Assembly: GCA_964484715.1 (NCBI GenBank)
Contig: CAZAFJ010000010.1
Span: forward strand, 1,056 to 65,055
DNA length: 64,000 nucleotides
DNA from: an uncultured Anaerolineaceae bacterium
Lineage (GTDB): Bacteria; Chloroflexota; Anaerolineae; Anaerolineales; Anaerolineaceae
Direction: 5' to 3'
Below are positions 1 to 8,897 of the stretch, piece after piece. Under the pieces are notes generated by a model, which saw nothing but the letters and a program-made list of their open reading frames with translations, searched no databases and was not told the origin of the DNA. The translations under genes were made by a program, and so were the position numbers. How positions within the stretch are numbered: the stretch's first letter is position 1; each line of letters begins with the position of its first letter.

Positions 1-811
1 AGGTCAAGGCTTGGGAATGATTCATTCAACCCTCTTTTCAGGCGATGACCTCTCGGCTCCAGATCGATTTGAACGCTTGTTAACCTTCTTGGTCGGGTAT
101 CCGAGCAACCAATCAGAAGACTTAAGTTCGTGGTACACCCTGCCAGATATGACCGCACCGCCAAAACTAGAAGCTGACCCACATGCTGAAGCATGGATCG
201 CTTACAGCCTCCTCATGGCCCAAAAGCAATGGGAAAAGGGCGAGTTTTTCAACTATGACAACGTGCTCAAGTACCGTTTGGATGCGCTCTTGGCCTTGCA
301 AAAAGAGATCAAAGTCAGCGACCACAAACGTGCTATCTACGCACCAATGTTCTTTGACGCTTTTGCTCAACAAGGAAATAGTGAAGCATGGCAAATGTTG
401 TCAAACCAAATGCGTGAAGAGCTCTTGGCGCATGTTAAAGATGCCACCTTTACCCTTGATGGTTCGGCAGAAGAAGCATGGCTGGCCTTTAGCGCCTTGC
501 ATGTTGGCATGGCAGCCTTGAGACCCGATGATGAAACGCATCAAAAAATGGCCGGGCAATTTGAAAGCCTGGTTTACAGTGCTCTTAAAACATTACCCGA
601 TCAACTCACCAAGCATGACGGTGATGGGCTTTCACCCTTGGCATTGCTGGCTTGTTGTGCACCAGTTGCCATGCTCCAAAACGACCAAGACCTGGTTGAC
701 AAATACTGGGAAGTGCTAAGTAAACACACCCTCAAAGAACGTGACCCTATCGGCGAGAGCCTTCAGCTTTTGGCTTTGTTGTTACTTACCGGGATCGTTT
801 GGTTTGTGTAA
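1..811 (+). CDS. glycoside hydrolase family 8-like protein, 5' end probably cut by the window edge
   Basis: The frame is open to base 2 upstream of the TTG at 11. IAYSLLMAQKQW fits the second half of the GH8 signature ([IM]-A-x-[SA]-[LIVM]-[LIVMG]-x-A-x3-[FW]). The acidic residues normally preceding it are not conserved. Confidence 0.4.
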   Translation, partial: GQGLGMIHSTLFSGDDLSAPDRFERLLTFLVGYPSNQSEDLSSWYTLPDMTAPPKLEADPHAEAWIAYSLLMAQKQWEKGEFFNYDNVLKYRLDALLALQKEIKVSDHKRAIYAPMFFDAFAQQGNSEAWQMLSNQMREELLAHVKDATFTLDGSAEEAWLAFSALHVGMAALRPDDETHQKMAGQFESLVYSALKTLPDQLTKHDGDGLSPLALLACCAPVAMLQNDQDLVDKYWEVLSKHTLKERDPIGESLQLLALLLLTGIVWFV

Positions 812-925
812 GTTTTTAGATAATAGAAAGTCTTTTTCTTTCATCATCTTTTGTTTTATTAATGTATAATTAGTGGCAATTGCTTATGTTCTTTTTAACA
901 TAAACAAAAAAAGAAAGAGGGAAAA

Positions 926-1489
926 ATGTTATCAAAATTAATCAGTAATAGCGTCAATTCATCAAAAGCTAATGTTCTACGTCAGAACATCGATGAGGTA
1001 AGATGTAGCTTAACTTCAGTTACAGGCATAGCCCCCACTCAGGTTTTCACGCTAACTCTCCCACACCTTGACAACTTACCCTATATCGAATTTGTTATTG
1101 ATACTGTGAATAGGAAGTTTGCGATGATACATTTTGGGAGAAAGCTAGTATACCCTTTTAGTTTCCAAGAACTTATTTCATGTGAACTTCGATTAGATAA
1201 TTCTGTCATTACAGAGAACTCGACAGGCGCAACTATTGTAGGAGGAATGCTTGGAGGGACAACAGGGGCTATTATCGGACAATCTTTTTCAAAAACCGAA
1301 TCTGTAGTCAATGAGTTAGCTATTTCATTGAGACTAAATAATTTTGAACGTCCATTGTTTACAATTAATTTATTGGCAAGACCAGTAAAAAGGAATGATC
1401 CATTTTTTAAAAAAACATTGGAATTTGCAAGACTCGTAGAAGCATCTCTTCAACATATTATTTACACCAACCAGAACATGGGCAAGTAA
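926..1489 (+). CDS. hypothetical protein with glycine-zipper segment (GATIVGGMLGGTTGAIIGQ)
   Basis: 187-aa ORF with an AGAGGG RBS about 8 nt upstream of the ATG. It lies in the AT-rich islet and I recognise no family. Confidence 0.45.
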   Translation: MLSKLISNSVNSSKANVLRQNIDEVRCSLTSVTGIAPTQVFTLTLPHLDNLPYIEFVIDTVNRKFAMIHFGRKLVYPFSFQELISCELRLDNSVITENSTGATIVGGMLGGTTGAIIGQSFSKTESVVNELAISLRLNNFERPLFTINLLARPVKRNDPFFKKTLEFARLVEASLQHIIYTNQNMGK

Positions 1490-1571
1490 TTTTCTCTTGA
1501 GTTCCTCAAAAACACAGGCGTAATGATGTCTATGATGGTCAAGTTTAGCCATTATGCGGTCTTGTAGGTAC

Positions 1572-1597
1572 ATATAAGTTGACAAGTTATGTGATTG
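1572..1597. repeat. 26-bp direct repeat, left copy (ATATAAGTTGACAAGTTATGTGATTG), abutting the IS left end
   Basis: Identical to 2659..2684. It ends exactly where the TGT-initiated inverted repeat begins. Confidence 0.9.
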
Positions 1598-2658
1598 TGT
1601 AGGATTACCATACATATTGGACAGAGTGTCTAAAAATAAAAGAAAAGCAGGAAATGGTTTACCATAATGGTTTGAGCAAAACTATTACAAGGAGAAACCA
1701 CAACCTGCTATGAATAAGATAACACAAGAAATGAAATATAGGCAATCCATTATTAAATTTGCCTTCACCTACGGCGTTAGTAAAGCTAGTAGAAAATATG
1801 ACAAGGCTCGCTCATATGTCTACTTTTGGCTAAATCGCTATGATGGGAACCTAAGCTCATTAGCATCCAGATCTCGTAGGCCAAAGCATCATCCAAACCA
1901 ACATACCGCGGAAGAATTAGGTCTTATCCGCCGAATACATAAACGGAATCGTGATACTGGTTTGTATGAGTTCTGGTTCAAATTGAAGGCAAAAGGATAT
2001 CAAAGAAGCCTAAACAGTTTATATCGCGTTATGCGACGAGAAGGCTTGATCGCTGGTAAGAGGGCGGCTGAGAAAAAAACTCAGCCAAAGGTATACGAAG
2101 CCATGCAGTATCCCGGTCAACGAGTGCAGATTGACGTAAAAGTCGTGCCACAGTATTGTATCCAAGACAAAAAGTGGAAACGGTACTACCAATACACCGC
2201 TATTGATGAATTTAGCCGCCTGCGTTATTTAGAGGCTTATCAACAAGCAAACACCTATTCATCGGCTAATTTTGTGCGTGAGCTTGTTCGCTTCTTCAAG
2301 AAACACAAGATCACAATAGAGACAATACAAACTGATAATGGCGCAGAATTTACATCCTATTACCGTCGAGGTGAAAGCTGTCATTTATCTTTGTTTGAAC
2401 AAACACTGGAGGACCTTGACATCAACCATAAAAGAATAAAGCCTTACACGCCCAGGCACAACGGCAAGGTAGAGAGGAGCCACAGAGAAGATCAAAAAAG
2501 GTTTTACAACAAAGCTAAATTCTTTTCATTCGATGATTTTCGGAAACAACTAAAAAGATACTTTCACCGCTCAAACCGAATTCCTATGAAACCATTAAAC
2601 TTCCTGTCCCCTATTCTTTTTTTGAAGAACAGTGTCCAATATGTTTGACATTCCTACA
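1598..2658 (+). mobile_element. IS481-family insertion sequence (1061 bp)
   Basis: The terminal inverted repeats are TGTAGGATTACCATACATATTGGACA (1598..1623) and the reverse complement of 2633..2658, TGTAGGAATGTCAAACATATTGGACA (22/26 match). The TGT ends, single DDE ORF and ~1 kb size fit IS481. The transposase stop lies inside the right repeat. Confidence 0.85.
1710..2648 (+). CDS. IS481-family DDE transposase (rve integrase core)
   Basis: N-terminal HTH-like region. DDE triad context: VQIDVKV, IQTDNGAEFTS, HNGKVERSHRE. Confidence 0.9.
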   Translation: MNKITQEMKYRQSIIKFAFTYGVSKASRKYDKARSYVYFWLNRYDGNLSSLASRSRRPKHHPNQHTAEELGLIRRIHKRNRDTGLYEFWFKLKAKGYQRSLNSLYRVMRREGLIAGKRAAEKKTQPKVYEAMQYPGQRVQIDVKVVPQYCIQDKKWKRYYQYTAIDEFSRLRYLEAYQQANTYSSANFVRELVRFFKKHKITIETIQTDNGAEFTSYYRRGESCHLSLFEQTLEDLDINHKRIKPYTPRHNGKVERSHREDQKRFYNKAKFFSFDDFRKQLKRYFHRSNRIPMKPLNFLSPILFLKNSVQYV

Positions 2659-2684
2659 ATATAAGTTGACAAGTTATGTGATTG
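2659..2684. repeat. 26-bp direct repeat, right copy
   Basis: Identical to 1572..1597 and starts immediately after the IS right end. Confidence 0.9.
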
Positions 2685-2688
2685 AATA

Positions 2689-2717
2689 TTGACGCTATCC
2701 CATCTCCGTGATATTAT
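2689..2717 (+). promoter_or_regulatory. sigma70-type promoter for tRNA-Glu
   Basis: TTGACG (2689..2694), 17-nt spacer, TATTAT (2712..2717), about 12 nt before the tRNA 5' end. Confidence 0.5.
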
Positions 2718-2729
2718 TTTGTGCACGTT

Positions 2730-2802
2730 GCCCCCATCGTCTAGTGGCCTAGGACGTGGCCCTCTCAAGGCCAAAACCGGGATTCGAATTCCCGTGGGGG
2801 CA
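2730..2802 (+). tRNA. tRNA-Glu (anticodon CUC)
   Basis: Hand-folded cloverleaf. Acceptor GCCCCCA/TGGGGGC, D arm GTCT..AGGAC, anticodon stem TGGCC/GGCCA with loop CTCTCAA, T arm CGGGA-TTCGAAT-TCCCG, discriminator A. CCA is not encoded. Confidence 0.9.
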
Positions 2803-2854
2803 CTAACAAATTAGGGGGGCGCAACCATTGGTCCCACTTTCTGTAAATAAGATT

Positions 2855-3943
2855 ATGAATAAAATCACAAAGTACCCACGCAACCAAGGCCGACGCATTG
2901 TTTTAAACCTTATCATCCGAGGACTTTTTCGTTTACTCGCAAGAGTAAAAGTCGAGGGACGCCAAAACATCCCCAAAACAGGTCCAGTGATCCTCGCCGG
3001 CAATCACGTCGAAAACCTTGAAGCCGGCTTCCAAATGGCCTATCCCAAACGAATTGTTGAACCCATCGGTGCCGGGGACATCCCCTTTGGCTTAGGACTG
3101 GATGGAATCATCGGCTATTATGGCTTTATTCCGATTGACCGGGGTACTGTGGACCGTGGCGCCTTGCGCGAAGCCCAATCTGTGCTCGAACAAGGCGCTG
3201 TGTTGGGCATTTACCCTGAGGGGGGCACCTGGCGACCTGGCAAGATGCCAGCTCAAATTGGCGTGGCGATGTTAAGCGAACGCGGTAAGGCACCTGTCGT
3301 CCCCATTGGTTACAGTGGTTTTAGTGGCTCAACGCAGGCTGTCCTCAAACTAAAACGCCCCAAACTTACCATGCGCGTTGGCAAACCCATTCCGCCTTTG
3401 GTGATTGACCCTGATGGACCGCCTAAAAAAGTCCAGATGCAAGCCTATGCTGATGAGGTCATGCGCCAGGTTTATGCCTTGTTGGATGAAGCCGACCTGA
3501 ACATCACGCCAGACCATGAAAGCTATCAACTTGAAATTAAACGAGGTTCTTTCTCTCAAGACTATGAAACTTTAGGAGATACCGAAGGCGCGGATGCCTT
3601 TGTCAGCTTCATCAACACAAAAATCATCCTCGACACCTTAAAAGACAGCTTAAGTCTTCCTACCCAGCCTTTTTACCCAGGTCAAGAAAACCAAACCCTG
3701 GATAATCTCATTGAAGCCATCGATTCAACCCTAAACTACCTCAAAGAGAAACCCAGCTTTTTCACTTACCGCATGGGGATAGAATTGGGTAGTGATGTGC
3801 CCGTCTTCTTAAGAAATTTGCGTGAAATCGCCGCTGATTGCAAGGCGCAACAGAAAAACCTGCTTATGGATGCCAAAATCAAAGCGCGATATCGTAATGG
3901 TGAAGAGCGCGATATCCTCCACCAATTTGCCTTCCGTCCTTAA
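2855..3943 (+). CDS. lysophospholipid (PlsC-like) acyltransferase domain protein with a ~180-aa C-terminal extension
   Basis: AGNHVENLE (HX4E instead of the canonical HX4D) and GIYPEGG motifs. The track start at 2828 is TTG, so the first ATG at 2855 is preferred. Confidence 0.7.
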   Translation: MNKITKYPRNQGRRIVLNLIIRGLFRLLARVKVEGRQNIPKTGPVILAGNHVENLEAGFQMAYPKRIVEPIGAGDIPFGLGLDGIIGYYGFIPIDRGTVDRGALREAQSVLEQGAVLGIYPEGGTWRPGKMPAQIGVAMLSERGKAPVVPIGYSGFSGSTQAVLKLKRPKLTMRVGKPIPPLVIDPDGPPKKVQMQAYADEVMRQVYALLDEADLNITPDHESYQLEIKRGSFSQDYETLGDTEGADAFVSFINTKIILDTLKDSLSLPTQPFYPGQENQTLDNLIEAIDSTLNYLKEKPSFFTYRMGIELGSDVPVFLRNLREIAADCKAQQKNLLMDAKIKARYRNGEERDILHQFAFRP

Positions 3944-3967
3944 TCAATAAAGAAATGACATTAAGCC

Positions 3968-5698
3968 TTAGAGGGTTTCTTTCTCGCTCGGTTTAAGATC
4001 CTTGATATAAAGCTGCACATTACGCATGCCCTGAAAGTCGTTAACTCCGATGGTATAGACAATATCGATATAATCAGGCATGTTTGCTGCCCAATGACCC
4101 ATGCCCCAAGCAATGGCCTCGAATTCTTGTTGACCATCCCTGACCCTTAACTTCAAATGAGCACCGCCAGCACCTACCGTACGCGGGGCGACAACCTGAC
4201 AGTGGCGACTACTAAAAAGTGCAGGGGGATTTTTTTGGCCGGTCGGTTCCAATTGCGCGACATCGTTGAGGATTCCAGGGATGTGCTCAGGTCGCAGGCG
4301 GCTCAAATCAATGTCATAATCGATGCGTACAACCGGCAACAACGCCAAACCAGCCAAGCTTTCTTGAGCAACTTCGTTAATACGTTTTTTGAACGCTTCA
4401 ACATTTTCTTTGCTCACAGCCAAACCTGCTGCCATCGCATGACCACCGTGTCTGTCGAGTAAATCCGCGCATTTCTTGAGCGCCTCATGGATGTTAAACT
4501 CTTCAATTGAGCGAGCAGAAGCAACAATCGTATCACCCTCAATATGTCCCACAATGGTTGGTTTATAGAGTGCATTGACAACCTTCCCGGCAGCCAAACC
4601 GACCAAACCCTGGCTAAATTGCTCAGAGGCTACAAAAATGACCATTTGGCTCTCATCAATCGCCATCGCCTCTGCCATGACAGCGTCTTCCATATCTTTG
4701 ACCAAGGCTTTGCGCTGTTGGTTCATATTGTCTAGCTCTTGGGCTAATCGTGCAGCTTCAAAAAGGTCTTTTTCAACCAAAAGTTCAAAAGCTGCGTTCG
4801 CGCTATCGATGCGTCCCGCTGCGTTCAATCGCGGACCGATCGTAAACCCCAGATCTCCAGCATTAAGCTGATCCAGCTTGATGCTCGCTACCTGGCTCAA
4901 GGAAAACAGACTCTGGCGCGGGTGCATACGCATCAGCGCTAGCCCACGTTTAACCAGAGAGCGGTTTTCACCAACCAGGTCAGCCACATCCGCGACCGTG
5001 CCAATGGCCACAAAATCTAACCACAGGTCGGGGTCGATGTCTGGGTTTGGATAACGCTGCAAATAAGCCACAGCCAGCTTCCAGGCAATGCTCACACCTG
5101 CCAATCCCTTAAAGGGGTACGGGTCGCCTGGTCTGTGGGGATTGATGATTGCAAGCGCTTCGGGCAAGATTTCAGGCACTTGGTGATGATCGGTAACAAT
5201 CACGCCCATGCCGAGCTCATTCGCCCGCGCTACCTCTGCCACAGCGCCAACACCACAGTCCACAGTGACGATTAAGTGACTACCTTCTTCTGCCAGTTGC
5301 TCAATGGCTTCGATATTTAAACCATACCCTTCATCAAAACGATTGGGGATGTAAACCCTTGGTTCCAGACCCAATTGCGTGAAAAACTCATAAAGAATCG
5401 CTGAAGAAGTAACACCATCCGCGTCATAATCGCCATAAACAGCAATTTTTTGCCCGTTTTGGATGGCATCATGGATCGCTTCAACCGCTTTATCCATATC
5501 CAACATCTGGAAAGGGTCAGGGTTATTTGGCGGCTCGCTGGAGATATAAGCCTGAGCGGCCTCATTGCTGGTGATGCCCCGATTGTAGAGCAACTGTCTC
5601 AAAAAAGGTGAAACAGCGGTCATTTGACGGTTAATATCCTGTGGGATAAGTGGGGAAGTAATCCATCTTTTATCTAACTGGTGATTTTGGCGGGGCAT
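3968..5698 (-). CDS. recJ: single-stranded-DNA-specific exonuclease RecJ
   Basis: DHH-family motifs YGDYDADGVTS, VTVDCG and TDHH, a DHHA1 region, and typical length of 576 aa. Confidence 0.9.
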   Translation of the reverse strand: MPRQNHQLDKRWITSPLIPQDINRQMTAVSPFLRQLLYNRGITSNEAAQAYISSEPPNNPDPFQMLDMDKAVEAIHDAIQNGQKIAVYGDYDADGVTSSAILYEFFTQLGLEPRVYIPNRFDEGYGLNIEAIEQLAEEGSHLIVTVDCGVGAVAEVARANELGMGVIVTDHHQVPEILPEALAIINPHRPGDPYPFKGLAGVSIAWKLAVAYLQRYPNPDIDPDLWLDFVAIGTVADVADLVGENRSLVKRGLALMRMHPRQSLFSLSQVASIKLDQLNAGDLGFTIGPRLNAAGRIDSANAAFELLVEKDLFEAARLAQELDNMNQQRKALVKDMEDAVMAEAMAIDESQMVIFVASEQFSQGLVGLAAGKVVNALYKPTIVGHIEGDTIVASARSIEEFNIHEALKKCADLLDRHGGHAMAAGLAVSKENVEAFKKRINEVAQESLAGLALLPVVRIDYDIDLSRLRPEHIPGILNDVAQLEPTGQKNPPALFSSRHCQVVAPRTVGAGGAHLKLRVRDGQQEFEAIAWGMGHWAANMPDYIDIVYTIGVNDFQGMRNVQLYIKDLKPSEKETL

Positions 5699-5802
5699 CG
5701 TGTCGTCCTTCGTTTTTCTTTATTCTACCTTTTTCTGTCTTCTTTTCCACCCTAAGGTCTGGTCTGAACGATGTTTGAACAACAGAAAGCAAAGAATTAT
5801 TG

Positions 5803-5808
5803 TAAAAT
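5803..5808 (+). promoter_or_regulatory. -10 box TAAAAT 6 nt upstream of the psuG ATG (leaderless architecture)
   Basis: TAAAAT-TGAGAC-ATG, with no RBS possible. Confidence 0.5.
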
Positions 5809-5814
5809 TGAGAC

Positions 5815-6783
5815 ATGGAAAATAATCAGGAAAAGTATCAACCCATCCACACAGCCATCATGGAAAGCGAAGCTGTCCATCACGCGCGTTCTCTTGGCTT
5901 ACCCATTGTTGCTTTAGAATCAACTGTGATCACTCACGGTTTACCCCAAGGCATCAACCTCGACTTAGCCCGCAACATGGAAGCAAGCGTTATCGAAAAC
6001 GGTGCTACGCCAGCCACCGTCGCGGTTCTTGAAGGTCAGATTCGCCTTGGCATCAACGAGGAAGAGCTCCTGGCATTGGCGGAACATCCCAAACCACGCA
6101 AGATTAGCACCCGCGATTTTGGCTATGCCCTGGCGAATAAGCTCACCGGTGGCACAACCGTTGCCGCCACGGCTTATGTTGCTCACAAGCAAGGCTTGCG
6201 TGTTTTTGCCACGGGTGGCATTGGCGGCGTGCATCGTCAGGCGCCTTTTGATGTTTCAGCTGACTTGAGCCAAATCGCCAAAACGCCTATTGTGGTGGTT
6301 TGTGCCGGGATGAAAGCGATTCTTGACCTGCCTGCTACTATGGAATACCTCGAAACCCAAGGCGTGCCGGTCATTGGCTACCAAACTGATGAACTACCGG
6401 CATTCTATTCGCGCGGTAGTGGCATCGCGCTCAACCAACGCGCTGACACACCTCAAGAAGTCGCGCGAATCGCCTACGCGCATTGGTCTTTGGGATTTCG
6501 ACAAGGCATCATCCTAACCGTACCGGCGCCTGAAGAGGAAGCCATTGACCGCGCTGAAATGGAAGCTTGGATCGCGGAAGCGATGAGCCAAGCCCAACAA
6601 GAGGGTATCCACGGAAACGCGGTGACCCCCTATTTGTTGGATAAAGTCAGCGAAGTCAGTCAAGGGCGTAGCATGCAAAGCAATATCGCGCTTCTGCTCA
6701 ACAATGCGCGTGTCGCCAGCCAGCTTGCCATCGAACTAAATGCACTCCTCGGTTTAGAACGCGGCCCTTTTTACTATAGTTAG
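5815..6783 (+). CDS. psuG: pseudouridine-5'-phosphate glycosidase
   Basis: VALESTVITHGLP and GGIGGVHR motifs characteristic of the PsuG/IndA family; 322 aa. Confidence 0.9.
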   Translation: MENNQEKYQPIHTAIMESEAVHHARSLGLPIVALESTVITHGLPQGINLDLARNMEASVIENGATPATVAVLEGQIRLGINEEELLALAEHPKPRKISTRDFGYALANKLTGGTTVAATAYVAHKQGLRVFATGGIGGVHRQAPFDVSADLSQIAKTPIVVVCAGMKAILDLPATMEYLETQGVPVIGYQTDELPAFYSRGSGIALNQRADTPQEVARIAYAHWSLGFRQGIILTVPAPEEEAIDRAEMEAWIAEAMSQAQQEGIHGNAVTPYLLDKVSEVSQGRSMQSNIALLLNNARVASQLAIELNALLGLERGPFYYS

Positions 6784-6816
6784 TATAAATTGCGATAGAA
6801 CTGTGATGAATCACAC

Positions 6817-7701
6817 CTAAGGCGTTTCAGCGTCCGTTGGCTTAGGTGTGTTTGTAGGCCAAGGCGTCGAGGTACTTGTCGGCGTATGAGTCACGGTTGC
6901 GGTGTTGGTTGGTGTTGCGGTTTCGGTAGGTGTGATGGTTGGCGTGTTGGTCGGTGGATTGCCCAAAACCGTAAAGCTTGCGGAACGCTCCCAGCTACTT
7001 CCAACGAAAAACAGCAAGCGATAAGCGCCTGGTTTCCAATCCCCGGGCGGTAGTTCAAGCTTTGCCACGCCATACCCACCACTGCCCCCTTGCCAACGCC
7101 CTGTGTGCGAAGCAATCAACTCGTCGTCACGATACCAGAGCTCGGTCCACTGCACGCCTTCGTCCATCATGTTATAGCTGTAACAAGCATAGATCATTTC
7201 AATCGGGTTCTCGAATTCTTTTGCCGGATCGATGGGCTGCAGCCCTTTATCAACCTCCCGCGCGAAGACGATACCACTTAAGGCATAGTCATCCCCAGGC
7301 GTAATAATTGACTCAAACTGCGTGGCAATCGGGTCAGGAATGGAGGGTGTGTTGGTCACCGAAGGGGTGTTGGTGATGGTAGGTGTGAGCGTGATGGTCG
7401 GCGTCAAAGTGATGGTTGGCGTCAAGGTTATGGTGGGCGTAAGCGAAGGTGTCAAACTGGGTGGAAAGTATTTATACATGATGCCTTCCCCAAAGCGGAA
7501 ATTAAGGAACGCAAAGCCAAACAGCAACAAGGCACCGATAATCAAACGGATACCGATCTCCATCTGGTCACGCCTTTTCGTAAAAAAGGAAATTTTTCGT
7601 CCTTCGACAATCGTTTTACGTGCTCGCCCAGCCGTCACAATTCCCGCCACTAAGGCGATCAGGCTGAGGGTCATAATGGTAGAACGAATGTCGATGTTCA
7701 T
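6817..7701 (-). CDS. membrane-anchored protein with TPTITL-type Pro/Thr repeats
   Basis: Two N-terminal hydrophobic helices, (TPTITL)x4 and a C-terminal PT-rich tail. The globular middle domain is unrecognised. Confidence 0.6.
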   Translation of the reverse strand: MNIDIRSTIMTLSLIALVAGIVTAGRARKTIVEGRKISFFTKRRDQMEIGIRLIIGALLLFGFAFLNFRFGEGIMYKYFPPSLTPSLTPTITLTPTITLTPTITLTPTITNTPSVTNTPSIPDPIATQFESIITPGDDYALSGIVFAREVDKGLQPIDPAKEFENPIEMIYACYSYNMMDEGVQWTELWYRDDELIASHTGRWQGGSGGYGVAKLELPPGDWKPGAYRLLFFVGSSWERSASFTVLGNPPTNTPTITPTETATPTNTATVTHTPTSTSTPWPTNTPKPTDAETP

Positions 7702-7707
7702 GGTCTG

Positions 7708-7713
7708 ATTATA
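7708..7713 (-). promoter_or_regulatory. -10 box TATAAT 6 nt upstream of the ATG of 6817..7701 (leaderless architecture)
   Basis: The minus strand reads GCTATAAT-CAGACC-ATG. Confidence 0.5.
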
Positions 7714-7778
7714 GCATTTAGTGCTTGACTGAAAGGTTGGGCTAAAACGGAGACGGCTTAAATAGAGGGTTTTGCTGA

Positions 7779-8897
7779 TTAATCGAGGTCTGCTTTAGTG
7801 GCTTGTTTGCCGCGACGGCGCATGACGTTAAGCACACGCGGCAAAACATGGGTGTACAGTTTATAAAGCAAAGGACGGCTGGGATAATCCCAAGCGCCAA
7901 TATGGCGGGCGGTAACCCCATTAAAACCCTCTTTGAAGCGATAGACCCCCCACATCGAGTCGCTTTCGTCGAAAACATCCGGCGCGCCCCACATGTCATA
8001 GCTCTCATAGCCCAAGGCTTTGGAAAGACGAATTGCTTCCCATTGTAAGAGGTGATTGGGCATAAGTTCCCGGTATTTATCCGTTGACATGCCGTACACA
8101 TAACGCGAAACCCGATTGAAATGCAGGAGGAATAAACCCGCAATCGGCTCGCCTTCTACCTCAGCAATCAGCGCATGGCACATACCGGCATTCATGAAGC
8201 TTTTCCAAAGCGCGAGATAATAATCCGCACTCCGGATGGCAAAGTCATCCCGCACCGCGGTATGAGCGTACATTTGATAAAGCATGGGCAAGTCTTCGAC
8301 GCTCGCCTGTCTGACACTCACGCCACGACGACCAGCCAAGCGAATGTTATAGCGGGTCTTCTGTTTCATGGCCGCGAGAATGTCTTCTTCTTCACGCAAC
8401 AGGTCAATAAACACTGTATTACGAAATTGAATTTGGTCTTGCGAAAACAGCCATTGTCTGACCTTAAGGTCAGCAAGCATGGCCTCACCTAATGGTTCAC
8501 GGACCTCAGTTTCCGTCCCGGGCACACCGGTACCCAAAAGGACATCCGGATCGATTTTGATGAAAATTGCTTTTTGGTTTTTAGCGTAGTTCTGCAAATC
8601 ATCCAGAACCTCTTTAACCAAGCTTTGGTTCTGCCAATCCAAGCTGGGGCCTTTTGTGCAATACAAAACCCGCAAAGAAACGGGTCCAAGCTTGACTTCC
8701 CGTTGCAAAATCAGGGCACAAGCCTCAATCTCGCCGGCTTCATCCTTCCAAACAAAGCCCTCAGGTGTCCAGCCATTGCGGATTTTTGAAGCTCCCCACT
8801 CCCAGGTTTGTAAAATGTGGCCGTCTGGAAAGCCCAACAATAGCGCATTCCATTCCTGTGGACTGCCCTTAAAGGCTTGCATTACCACCGCCTCCAC
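7779..8897 (-). CDS. FemAB-family peptidoglycan interpeptide-bridge aminoacyltransferase
   Basis: Family-typical blocks: LQTWEWG, MKQKTRYNIRLAGRRGV, NHLLQWEAIR, GVYRFKEGFNG. Confidence 0.75.
   Translation of the reverse strand: MEAVVMQAFKGSPQEWNALLLGFPDGHILQTWEWGASKIRNGWTPEGFVWKDEAGEIEACALILQREVKLGPVSLRVLYCTKGPSLDWQNQSLVKEVLDDLQNYAKNQKAIFIKIDPDVLLGTGVPGTETEVREPLGEAMLADLKVRQWLFSQDQIQFRNTVFIDLLREEEDILAAMKQKTRYNIRLAGRRGVSVRQASVEDLPMLYQMYAHTAVRDDFAIRSADYYLALWKSFMNAGMCHALIAEVEGEPIAGLFLLHFNRVSRYVYGMSTDKYRELMPNHLLQWEAIRLSKALGYESYDMWGAPDVFDESDSMWGVYRFKEGFNGVTARHIGAWDYPSRPLLYKLYTHVLPRVLNVMRRRGKQATKADLD

Noticed and set aside
1370-1615. 81-aa minus-strand ORF spanning the left IS end.
   Set aside because: It overlaps the 3' end of the 926..1489 ORF and crosses the IS boundary and flanking repeat. 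It has no start context.
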